From an uncultured delta proteobacterium (lineage in GTDB: Bacteria; Myxococcota_A; Polyangia; Haliangiales; Haliangiaceae): 64,000 bases of DNA. The translations under genes were made by a program, and so were the position numbers. The DNA lies in the NCBI GenBank assembly GCA_963848295.1, contig CAWKDB010000002.1, positions 64,001 to 128,000 on the forward strand, given 5' to 3'. The stretch's first letter is position 1, and each line of letters opens with the position of its first letter. Under the pieces are notes generated by a model that had not been told where the DNA came from, did no database searches, and saw nothing but the letters and a program-made list of their open reading frames with translations. Positions 18,937-28,558 of the stretch are shown here, in pieces.

Positions 18937-21900
18937 TCATGACACCAGCGCGACCACCTCGGGCAGGGCGGCGTAGGTCGCGCGCCAGGTCGGATCCGGA
19001 TGCGCGGCGAGAATCGCGAGCTTGCGGTCGACCTCGCCCCGGCCACGGGCTTTGACCACGCGGCTGCGATCGAGGGCGCCGGCTCGCACGAGGACCTCGA
19101 CACATGCGGCGTAGACCTCTTCCTCGGAGCTCTCGAGGTGGCGTTGCACTTCGAGCAGCGCGAGCGCGCGGTGGACGAGCTGACCCGCTGCGGCGATCGG
19201 GCCGCCTTTCTTGACGAGCGCGAGCGGCCTGGCGGGCGAGCCCTTGGATCTCGTAGCCGACGAGCGTCGCCTGTTGCGCGACCGCGACGCCTTCGCCGGC
19301 ATCGCGCACGGCGCCGGTGAGGTCGCCGCGGCGGAGGTTTGCGCCGGCGCGCGTGATCAGCGCGTTCGCTTCGAGATAGCGCGCGCCGAGCCGCCGCGCC
19401 TCGGCCAGCGCTTCGTCGATCATCGCGATCCCGCCGGGGAGGCCGCGCCTCGCGTCGCAGGCGCCCGCGTAGATCAGGCAGTCGGCGCGACTCCAGCGCG
19501 AGGCGGTGCGACCGAACAGCTCGAGCGCGTCGCCGAACATCGCGGCGGCAGGCTCGTACAACCCGACGTGATGCAGCACGATGCCGGCGACCGACAGCGC
19601 CTCGCCTTCGCGGACGCGATCGCCGTAGCGCCGGCACAGCTCGAGCGAGCGCTGCGCCGACGTCATCGCGGCCGGGTAGTTGCCGAGGCACATCTCGATG
19701 ATCGCGACGTGGTTCTGGACGATGCGCTCGAGCCACGGGTCACCGGTCTTCTCGATCCGCGCGATCACCGGGCGGTAGGCGTCGCGCGCTTGCTCGTAGT
19801 GCGCGCGCATCAAGTGGATCCGGCCGCGCCCGACCATCGCCTGCATCTCGTCGGCGACCGCTCCCTCTTGGGCGAACAGCTCGCGCGCCGCGCTGACCAT
19901 GACGAGCGCTTCGTCGAACCGGCCGAGGCGCTCGAGGACTTCGCCGCGCAACCGCAGCGCCTCGCCGCGCTGCCGCGGATTCTCGGCGACGAGCGCGAAG
20001 TCCTCGGCGACCACGGTCGCGACGCTCGCGCCGGTGTAGTCGCCAAAGCCGATCAGCCGCTGCGCGCGACGCAAGGCGACGTCGGCGAGGCGGTGAGCGT
20101 CGCCTTCGCACAGCCGCTGGAGCTCGTCGAGATCGCCGGCATCGGCCGCGATGTCGCCGCGCAGGCGATGGGCATCGTCGCGACCGGCGAGCGCTTCGCG
20201 GCGGCGCGCGCGCGACGTCGGGGTCGGCGGCACGACGCCGAGCTCGCGTTCGAGCGCGAGCGTGCGGGTGAAGCACGCGATCGCGGCTTCGGCGTCCGAG
20301 GCGGTCAGCGCGAGCTTGCCGGCGCGCAGCCAGAACGCGGCGGCCCCCGCCGGATCGCCGCCGCGCTCGAGGTGCTCCGCGATCACCGCCGGCGGTTCGT
20401 CGCGCCCGGCGAAGAACCGTGACGACAGCAACCGGCCGAGGCGCGCGTGAGCCTCGCGCTGCGCTCGCAGCGGCAGCGCGTCGTAGACCACGTCGCGCAC
20501 GAGCCCGCGCGCGAACGCGAGCTCGTCGTCGGCGCCGGCGCGGACGAGAAAGCCCGCCGCGACGAGCTCGTCGAGCCAGCTCGCGTCGCTGTCGGTGACC
20601 GCACCGACGAGCTCCTCGAGCAAGCGCGCGCGCACGCGACCGCCCATCACCGCCGCGAGCCTCAGCGCGTGCTTGCCGGCCTGGGGCAGGCGATCGACGC
20701 GCGCGGCGATCACGTCGCGTGCGGTCGCCGGCACCTTGTCGGCCGCGCTCCCCGCGTCGCGCACCGCTTGGGCGAGCTCCTCGGCGAACAGCGGGTTGCC
20801 GCCGCCGCGGGCGATCACGGCGGCGACGTTGAGCGGCGTCGCGGCGTCGCCGAGCCGGTCCGAGATCAACGCGCGCAGATCGGGACCGGCGAGGTCACCG
20901 AGCGCGATCACCGCATCGACCGCAGGTGGCGGCGGCCCGTCGGGGCGCGCGGTCAACACGAGCAGCTCGGCACCCTGCGCCGGCGCCGCGAGCGAATGGC
21001 GTAGCACCTCGAGACTCGCGCCGTCGGCGTAGTGAATGTCCTCGATGACCGTCAGCAACGGGCGAGCCTGCCCGGGTCCGGGCCCCGAGGCCGCGCTGCG
21101 GAAGGTCGCGAACCCCGCGGCGATCCGCGGCCGCATGTCCGCGATCTCCGGTGCACCGACGCCGAACCCGTCGCGTAGCTCCATCCCGCGATCGACGTCG
21201 GTCGCGGCCGCGCGCGCGCGTTCGTCGGGGACGCCGGCCTCTTGCATCAGGTGTTGCAACCGCCGGACGAGCAACGCACGTGCACCACGGCCCCGCGCCG
21301 GCGGTAACCCGAGCCCGGCTTGATAGAGGTCGATCACGAGCGCGAACGGCGCGTGATGGCTCGCCGGATTTGCGGCGGTGCGGATCACGCGCGGCGGCAC
21401 GGGCGCGGCGCCGCGGCGCGCGATCAGCTCGGTGACGAGCCGCGACTTGCCGATCCCGGCCGCGCCGGTGACGAGCACGGTCAACCGGCGCCCGGCCGCG
21501 ACCGCGCGCTGATACCAGACGTCGAGCTCGGCGAGCTGCGCCGTGCGCCCGACGAACGCGCCGGCGCGCTCGAGCGAGGCGCGCTCGGCGTCCTCGGGAG
21601 AACGCGTGCCGACGACCTCGGTGACCTTGCTGCGTCGAGCGATCCGGCGCGGCGCGGCGACCTCGCGGAGCTCGAACATGCCGCTCGTCACTCGCCCGGC
21701 CGGTCCGACAAACATCGGGCGATCCGGCGCCGCCTCTCTCGCGAGCGCGCGCGCTTCGTCGGACGCGTCGGCTGGAATGCGGGGCGCGCCGGCTTCGCTC
21801 GCGACCGCGACACCGGTGCGGGCGCCGACTCGCAGCGTCGGCCCGCCGGCACCGACCTCGGTGCCCTGATCGCGGGTCATCGCCGCGGCATCGAGCGCCC

Positions 21901-23704
21901 AGCCCATCGCGATCGCGACGTCGTCTTCGCCGGCGACCTCGAGACCGAACGCGACGATCAAGCTCTCGGCATCGAGCGCGACGACGACGCCACCGCGTTG
22001 ATATGCGAGCTCCCCCAGGGCCTTCGCGATCGGCCGCAACACGTCGGCAGGTGCGCCGTCGAGCACGCCGGCGACGACGACCGTCCGGCGACGCTCGGCC
22101 ACGACACCGACCGCGAGCTCGCGGGACTCGTCATCGATCGGATCCTCGACCAGCGGGTCGGGACCCGCGGCCGGTTCCGGCGCAGCGGCCGGACCGTCGA
22201 CCTCGAGCTCGAGCTCGTCGAAGCTCGTCTCCCCGCCGGCGTGGCCCGCGCCGACCGCGAGCGCGGCCGACAGCGCCTGCGCCTGCCTCGTGGCGTCGTC
22301 GTCGAAGCGCATCGCGGACGGCGCCGTGCCGGGGACGAGCTGCAGCAGCTCGTAGACCGGACGCGACGGCCGATCGGCTGGTTGACCGGGCAGGGCGTCG
22401 ACCAACCGCGCCACGCCCGCGAGCGTGCTCTCGTGTCCCCATTGCTGTTCGTTCGAGGTCGCGGTCGCCGTGCTCGTCCGATCGCGATCGCCAAACCGCT
22501 GGACCACGGTGCTGGTCGGATCGCGATCGCCGAACTTCTCGACGGACCCGCGCCCGGTGGCGCCGCGCTCGAAGGCGATCGCGGCAGGCGCGGTCGTGCG
22601 CTCCGACGGCATCTCGACCGGAAACCCGGGCGTGCCGGATCCGAGCTCGGACGGCGGGTGCGCGATGTCCGCGAGCGACGCGGTCAGCGACAACGCCGAC
22701 GGTCGGCTCGGAGGGGATGCTTGCGGCGGCACGCTGATCGACGCACCGGACGGCGGCTGCGCGACCGGCTGGGCGGCGCGAGCGGGTTGCGATGTCGTCG
22801 CGGCATCGAGCCTCGCGAACCATTCGGCGAGGCCGCGCGCGCCCGCGGGCAAGGCGGTACGCATGCACGCGGCGATCATGTCCGCCGACGTGCCGCGGCC
22901 GGCCGGGTCTCGGGTCAACGCGGTCGCGATCGCCTTCGCGATCTCCGGCGGCACCTCGGGGTTGAGGCGATCTGCGCGCGGCGGATCCGTCGTGCGAACC
23001 GCCTCGAGGATCGCCTTGATGTTCGGCCCGCGATACAACGGCAGGCCGGTGAACAGCTCCCACGCGATGATGCCGAGCGCGAACACGTCGGACGCGGCGG
23101 TCGGCGGCTCGCCGAGCGTCTGCTCCGGCGCCATGTACCGGGGCTTGCCGCGCAGGCGGCGCCGCTCGAGCGCGGACGCGAACGTCGCGCGCGCGATCCC
23201 GAAGTCCAAGATCTTGACGTAGCCGTCGGTCGACATCATCACGTTCGACGGCGAGACATCGCAATGGACGATGCCGAGCCCGCCACCATAGCCATCGGTC
23301 TTGCGGTGGGCGTAGTCGAGGCCCGACGCGACCTCGCCGATGATGTACGCGGCGACCGGGATCGGGCACAGCGCATCGCGGGTCACCGCCTGCGCCATCG
23401 CGACGCGCAGATCGCGGCCCTCGATCAGCTCCATCGCGAGGAACAGCTCGCCGTCGGCTTTGCCGAAGTCGAACACCTGAACGATGTTGCGATGAGTCAG
23501 CTCGACCGCGATCCGCGCCTCGTCGATGAAGCTGCGGATGAACCGGCCCTCGCGCGCCGAGCTCGGCAGGATGCGCTTGAGCGCCTGGATCTTCTCGAAC
23601 CCGGCGATGCCGACGGTCTTGACCTTGTAGACCTCGGCCATCCCGCCCTGCGCGATCTTGTCGAGGACGTGATACTTCCCGAAACGCTCGCGCAGCGCTT
23701 CCAC
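18937..23704 (-). CDS. Ser/Thr kinase, linker, degenerate cyclase-like domain, STAND-type ATPase and TPR fusion (frameshift near 19240)
   Basis: IAQGGMAEVY, HCDVSPSN, DFG, YMAPE; FVGRTAQL, GAAGIGKS, IEDIHYAD, GGNPLF; TPR array. Confidence 0.88.
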
Positions 23705-23733
23705 TTGGCTGATCAGGGTAGCATGCGATGTAG

Positions 23734-24447
23734 GTGGCGGCCGACTATCGCGAGCTCGAAGACGTCCTCGGCTATCACTTCGTCGATCGCGCTCTGCTCG
23801 AGCGCGCGCTGCGCCACGCGAGCTGGTGCAACGAGCAGACCGGCGCACCCGTCGAGGACAACGAACGGCTCGAGTTCCTCGGCGACGCCGTGCTCGGCTT
23901 GTGCGTCTGCGATCGCCTGATGACGCGCTACCCGCAGCTCAAGGAAGGCGAGCTCAGCATGACCCGCGCCCAGGTCGTCAGCGAAGCCGGGCTGTCCGAT
24001 GTCGCCGGGGCGCTCGACCTCGGCCGCTGGCTGATGCTCGGCAAGGGCGAAGAGAAGTCCGGCGGCCGGCAGAAGCCGTCGATCGTCGCGGATGCGTTCG
24101 AAGCGGTGATCGCCGCGGTCTACCTCGACGGCGGGTTCGCCGCGGCGCAGCAGATGGTCGACCGCTTACTCGCATCGCGGATCGAGACCGTCGAGTTCAA
24201 AGGCTTCTACGACTTCAAGACGCGACTGCAAGAGCTCGCGCAAGCGCGGCTGAAGACGACGCCGACGTACTCGGTCGTGTCCGAGCTCGGACCCGATCAC
24301 GACAAGCGGTTCGTCGTCGCGGTCGCGATCGCGAGTGACGAGTGGGCGCGCGCGGTCGGCAAGTCGAAGAAGGAAGCGGAGCAGATGGCGGCCGCCGAGG
24401 CGCACTTCAAGCTCCAGGGCTCGAACGTCGGCAAGCCCAAGAAGTAG
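23734..24447 (+). CDS. rnc: Ribonuclease III
   Basis: NERLEFLGDAVL, ADAFEAVIAAVYLD, dsRBD KTRLQE...SKKEAEQ. Confidence 0.97.
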   Translation: MAADYRELEDVLGYHFVDRALLERALRHASWCNEQTGAPVEDNERLEFLGDAVLGLCVCDRLMTRYPQLKEGELSMTRAQVVSEAGLSDVAGALDLGRWLMLGKGEEKSGGRQKPSIVADAFEAVIAAVYLDGGFAAAQQMVDRLLASRIETVEFKGFYDFKTRLQELAQARLKTTPTYSVVSELGPDHDKRFVVAVAIASDEWARAVGKSKKEAEQMAAAEAHFKLQGSNVGKPKK

Positions 24448-24489
24448 GTCCCGGTCACCTGCGGTCGGGTCCCGGCCGGCCCGGCAACG

Positions 24490-25383
24490 CTAGCGCCGCG
24501 TGCGAACGAGCGCGAGCACGTCGTCGCGATTCGGCATCGCCGACCACGGCCCGAGCTCGCGCAGCGAGAGCGACGCGGCGGCCGCGGCGAGCTCGACGCA
24601 ACGCGCGAACGGCAGCGAGCTGAGCAGCGCGGCGGCGAACGCGCCGTGGAACACCGAGCCGGCGCCCGAGGCATCGAGCACGTCGCTTGGAAAGGCCGGG
24701 CAGGTCACGAGCAGATCGCCGTGCCGGCCGATCGCGCCCTTGTCGCCGAGCGTGATCACGACCGCGCGCGGGCCGAGCTGGATGAGCTCGGCGAGCGCGT
24801 CGGTCAATTCGCCGCGTGGTGCGAGCTCGGACGCGGCGCGCTCGGACGCGATCAGGATGTCGCTCGCGGCGATCAGCTCGGCCGTGCCTTCGCGCAGCTC
24901 GCCGACGTCGAGGATCACCGGCAGCTTCTTCGCGCGCGCGGCGTCGGCGGCGCGCAGTTGCTCCATCGGGGTCGTGCCGTCGATCAGCAGCGCCGCGCCG
25001 TCCTCGAGCGCGGTCGTCGCGTCGAGCGTCGGCAGCTCGCCAGGATCGCCGCGGTAGCGCACGCGCAGCGAACCGTCGGCGGACACGGTCACGATCTCGC
25101 ACGCGGAGGTTCCGACGGCGCGCAGCAGCTCGGTGTCGATGCCGGCGTCGCGCAAGGCGCTGCGCGCGAGCTGACCGAGGAGATCCGCGCCGTGGCTGCC
25201 GACGGCACGCGCCCGACAGCCGAGCCGGAGCGCGGCGCGCAACGCGACCGCGACGCCGGGAGCTGGCGTGGTCGCGAGCGCGGCCAGATCCGCCGCGGCG
25301 GCACCAGGCCCCGGCAAGTTCGGTGCGAGCCCCGAGATCGTGACCCCGATACGCCCGAGGCCAATCACGAGGGGTGGTTTCAC
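24490..25383 (-). CDS. PfkB/ribokinase-family protein with atypical catalytic motif
   Basis: VVITLGDKGA and DASGAGSVFHGAF (GAGS instead of GAGD). Confidence 0.85.
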   Translation of the reverse strand: MKPPLVIGLGRIGVTISGLAPNLPGPGAAAADLAALATTPAPGVAVALRAALRLGCRARAVGSHGADLLGQLARSALRDAGIDTELLRAVGTSACEIVTVSADGSLRVRYRGDPGELPTLDATTALEDGAALLIDGTTPMEQLRAADAARAKKLPVILDVGELREGTAELIAASDILIASERAASELAPRGELTDALAELIQLGPRAVVITLGDKGAIGRHGDLLVTCPAFPSDVLDASGAGSVFHGAFAAALLSSLPFARCVELAAAAASLSLRELGPWSAMPNRDDVLALVRTRR

Positions 25384-25496
25384 GATCTACATCATATCAG
25401 GCAGATAGCCAGGAATCATCCGCTGCGGACCACGCATTGACCGGGGGCGTAAATGTCCTTGCCGCGACGCGGCTTGTCGGTGCACGGTCTCGGTCG

Positions 25497-26177
25497 ATGA
25501 CGGCCCCGCCCGGGCAACGGGTTCCGACCGACCGCGGTCCTAACGGCGAACCGACCGGGGAACCCGTGACCGAAACCGTCGCCGAATCGCACGTCCTGCC
25601 GTCTCCTGCGCTCGCCGATCCTCGGCCGCGCATCTCCGGCTCACTCGGCGACGACGTCGAGCTGATCGCCGCGTGTCGCCGCGGTGAAGCGCGCGCGATG
25701 GAGGTGCTGTACCACCAGTACAAGCGCCGCGTGTTCGGGATGGCACATCGCATCGTCGGCGCGAGCGACGCCGAAGAGGTCGCGCAGGAAGTGTTCGTCC
25801 GCGTGTTTCGCGGGCTGTCGGCGTTCCGCGGCGAGTCGCAGTTATCGACGTGGATCTATCGGCTGACCGTCAACGCCGCGCTATCGCATCTCGCGCGCCG
25901 CGGTCGTCGCCAGGAGGTCAGCGACGAGACGCTGATCGAGATGGCTGCCCCGCCGTCGATCGAGCGCGACTCCGCGCTCGCGACGCGGATCGAGCAGGCG
26001 CTGGTGCAACTGCCGGCCGGTTATCGCGCGATCCTCGTCCTCCACGATATCGAAGGGCTGTCGCACGAAGAATGCGCGGCGATCCTCGAGTGCCGCGTCG
26101 GCACGTGCAAGTCCCAGCTTCACAAGGCGCGCGCGAAGATGCGCGAGCTCCTCGGTCCGATCGGAGGCGTCTGTTGA
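25497..26177 (+). CDS. ECF RNA polymerase sigma-70 factor
   Basis: DAEEVAQEVFVRVF, FRGESQLSTWIYR, EGLSHEECAAILECRVGTCKSQLHKAR. Confidence 0.93.
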   Translation: MTAPPGQRVPTDRGPNGEPTGEPVTETVAESHVLPSPALADPRPRISGSLGDDVELIAACRRGEARAMEVLYHQYKRRVFGMAHRIVGASDAEEVAQEVFVRVFRGLSAFRGESQLSTWIYRLTVNAALSHLARRGRRQEVSDETLIEMAAPPSIERDSALATRIEQALVQLPAGYRAILVLHDIEGLSHEECAAILECRVGTCKSQLHKARAKMRELLGPIGGVC

Positions 26178-26920
26178 GGTGCGAGGACGTCCAGGACTGG
26201 CTCACCGCATATCTCGACGGCGAGCTCGACGCCGATCGCGGCAGCGTCGTGCGCGGCCACCTGCGCACGTGCGAGACCTGCCGCGGCGTCGCCGGTGACG
26301 AGGCCGCGCTCCGCGATGGCCTGCGCGATCTGCCGTTGGTCGATCCGCCGGCGAGCTTGTGGGCCGGCGTGCAGGCGCGGCTCGCCGAGGCCGAGGTCGC
26401 CGACGCTCAGCGTCCGGCGTGGCGCGCGGCCCTCGGTCGCTGGCTGCGCGGGACCCTGTGGTCGCCGCGCTCGGGGATGATCGGGCTCGCGGTGTGCGCG
26501 GCGGCGGTGCTCGTCATCGTGCATCACACGCGAGCGACGGGAGACGAGGCGACGCAGGTCGCGGTCGACAAGGCCGGATCGCCGGCTGTTGTCCCTCCGC
26601 CGACGGCTGCGCCGGTGAGCGTGGATGTGACCGCTGACCTCGGCGGCGATACAGCCCGGGCGACCGCGAGCTACGCCGCCGCGGCGAACGAGCTCGTCGC
26701 GTTCGCGACCGATGCGCGCGCGAGCTGGCCCGAGGATCGCAAGCAAGCGTTCGACGCCAAGCTCGCCGAGCTGCGTCGCCAAATCGATGGCGCGGGCGAA
26801 GGCCGAGCGCAGCAGCGCGCCTATCGCGCGATGATTCGCTATCTCCAGGGCGTGACGATCCGCGACGAGATCGCGCAGTCCGAACCGGCGATGCTCGCGA
26901 CGCCGAAAGGGACGCCGTGA
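26174..26920 (+). CDS. Zinc-binding (zf-HC2) transmembrane anti-sigma factor
   Basis: CEDVQDWLTAYLDGEL...HLRTCETC plus one TM helix. TTG start overlaps the sigma-factor stop. Confidence 0.88.
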   Translation: MRCEDVQDWLTAYLDGELDADRGSVVRGHLRTCETCRGVAGDEAALRDGLRDLPLVDPPASLWAGVQARLAEAEVADAQRPAWRAALGRWLRGTLWSPRSGMIGLAVCAAAVLVIVHHTRATGDEATQVAVDKAGSPAVVPPPTAAPVSVDVTADLGGDTARATASYAAAANELVAFATDARASWPEDRKQAFDAKLAELRRQIDGAGEGRAQQRAYRAMIRYLQGVTIRDEIAQSEPAMLATPKGTP

Positions 26921-27877
26921 AGCGCGCGCTGATCTTCGCCGCGGTGGTCGTCGCCGCGCTCGCGGGCCCGGCGCTCGCCGATCCGGCGAAACCGGCCGCC
27001 CCCGATCAAGGCGTGGTCGAGCGCTCGCGGGTCGAGCTCGCGCCGTCGGGGCGTCCGTTCAAGCAGGTCGAGATCGAGAATCCGCTCGGCGACGTGCGCG
27101 TCGAAGGTTACGACGGTCGCGCGATCATGATCGAGACCCACAAGCATGCGCCCGACGAGGACACGCTCGATCGCCTGCGCGTCTCGCTCGTCCCGAACCC
27201 GGACGGCACGGTGCGCATCACGACGACCGCCGACGGTGGCCACGAGGTCAAGCCGGTCGGTCGCGGCGCGGTCCGGATCGATCTCGATCATCCACGCGCC
27301 CCGCGATGCGCGGGTCGATGCGGCGGCGTCCGCCGGCAAGCTCGAGCTCGTCAACATGGACGCGGGCGGCGAGCTCGACACGTCGTCTGGGGCGATCTCG
27401 GTGCTCAACGTCCAGGGCGCGCTCGTCACGCACTCCGTGACCGGTCCGATGACGATCGCGCAGGCGTTCGGCTCGGTCGATGCGCAGACGATCGCGGCGA
27501 ACCTCGACCTCGACGGCATCGGCGGTGAACAGCTGATCGCGTCGGTGGATCACGGCACGATCGCCGGCCGGCGCGTGCGCTCGCGCGATATCGAGCTGAC
27601 CACGACCGACGGCAAGATCGTGCTCGAGGCCGAGGCCGTGCTGCGCGGTCACCTCGTCGTGTCGAGCCTGCGCGGCGATGTCGCGGTGCACTTGCACCGC
27701 CACGGCGCGTTGATCGTGCAAGCGCGAGGCGTCAAGGTCGATCTCGGAGGTCAGGCGCAGACCCAGCCCAACGGGCTGGTGGTGTGGAACGACGGGCAGC
27801 CACCGGCCGGCGAGCTACCCACGTTCGTCGAGCTCCGCTCGCGCTACGGCTCGGTTCAGTTCGCGGTCGTGCAATAG
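26917..27877 (+). CDS. Secreted DUF4097-like beta-strand-repeat protein (frameshift near 27285)
   Basis: Signal peptide; repeats IENPLGDVRV, TSSGAISV, SVTGPMTI, TTDGKIVL, SLRGDVAV. Confidence 0.75.
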
Positions 27878-27910
27878 CCAGCCCTGCCGACTCGCGCTAC
27901 GCTGGTCGGA

Positions 27911-28495
27911 ATGGATGAGCCGGTCCCGGCACGGGTACGCGAGTACGCCGAACAGGCGGTCGAGTACGTGCGCCGTGCGCTCGGCGTCGCGCTCGAGTAC
28001 GACAGCAACACGCTGCCGCTGCTCGACCACTACCTGCGGACCGTCCCGGGCGAGCAGACCGCGACGCTCGAGCTCGTGATCTCGACCGCCGGCGCGTATT
28101 TCGGCGAGGTCGTCCGCCGCAGCATCGGCGGCCGATGGGAAGCCGGCGGCAAGGAATCGGACTGGCGGATGGTCCTGCCGACCGGACTGTCCTTCTCGCC
28201 GATGGGGATTGTCGCCTCGGCGATCGCGCAGGCCGACCTCGATGACCTCGACTCGGAGTTCGACGCCCCGCCGCGGATGAAACCCTACGTGCAGAGCGCG
28301 CTCGAGCGGATGGGCGAGGTCTCGGTCGAGGACTACTACTCGCTCTGCGGCCGGCTCGACACGCTCGAGCACCTGCACGAGGTGCTGGTCGCGGTCGCGG
28401 CGCAGATGATCGGCGGCGCCGAGGACCCCGACGCGGAGGGGGCGCCGCACGACCCGGTCGCCGACGAGCCGTCCGGCGGCGTTCCGGTTAATTGA
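27911..28495 (+). CDS. Hypothetical protein
   Basis: Clean ORF; LDHYL...AGAYFGEVVRR...GGRW. Confidence 0.75.
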   Translation: MDEPVPARVREYAEQAVEYVRRALGVALEYDSNTLPLLDHYLRTVPGEQTATLELVISTAGAYFGEVVRRSIGGRWEAGGKESDWRMVLPTGLSFSPMGIVASAIAQADLDDLDSEFDAPPRMKPYVQSALERMGEVSVEDYYSLCGRLDTLEHLHEVLVAVAAQMIGGAEDPDAEGAPHDPVADEPSGGVPVN

Positions 28496-28533
28496 TCGTG
28501 CACGTGGCACGTGCACGTCCACGTACACGATCA
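28493..28533. repeat. Intergenic palindrome built from CACGT-like units
   Basis: TGATCGTGCACGTGG ... CCACGTACACGATCA: 15-bp arms with one mismatch. Confidence 0.55.
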
Positions 28534-28558
28534 CCGTCTCCTCTGGTATGACCCTCGG

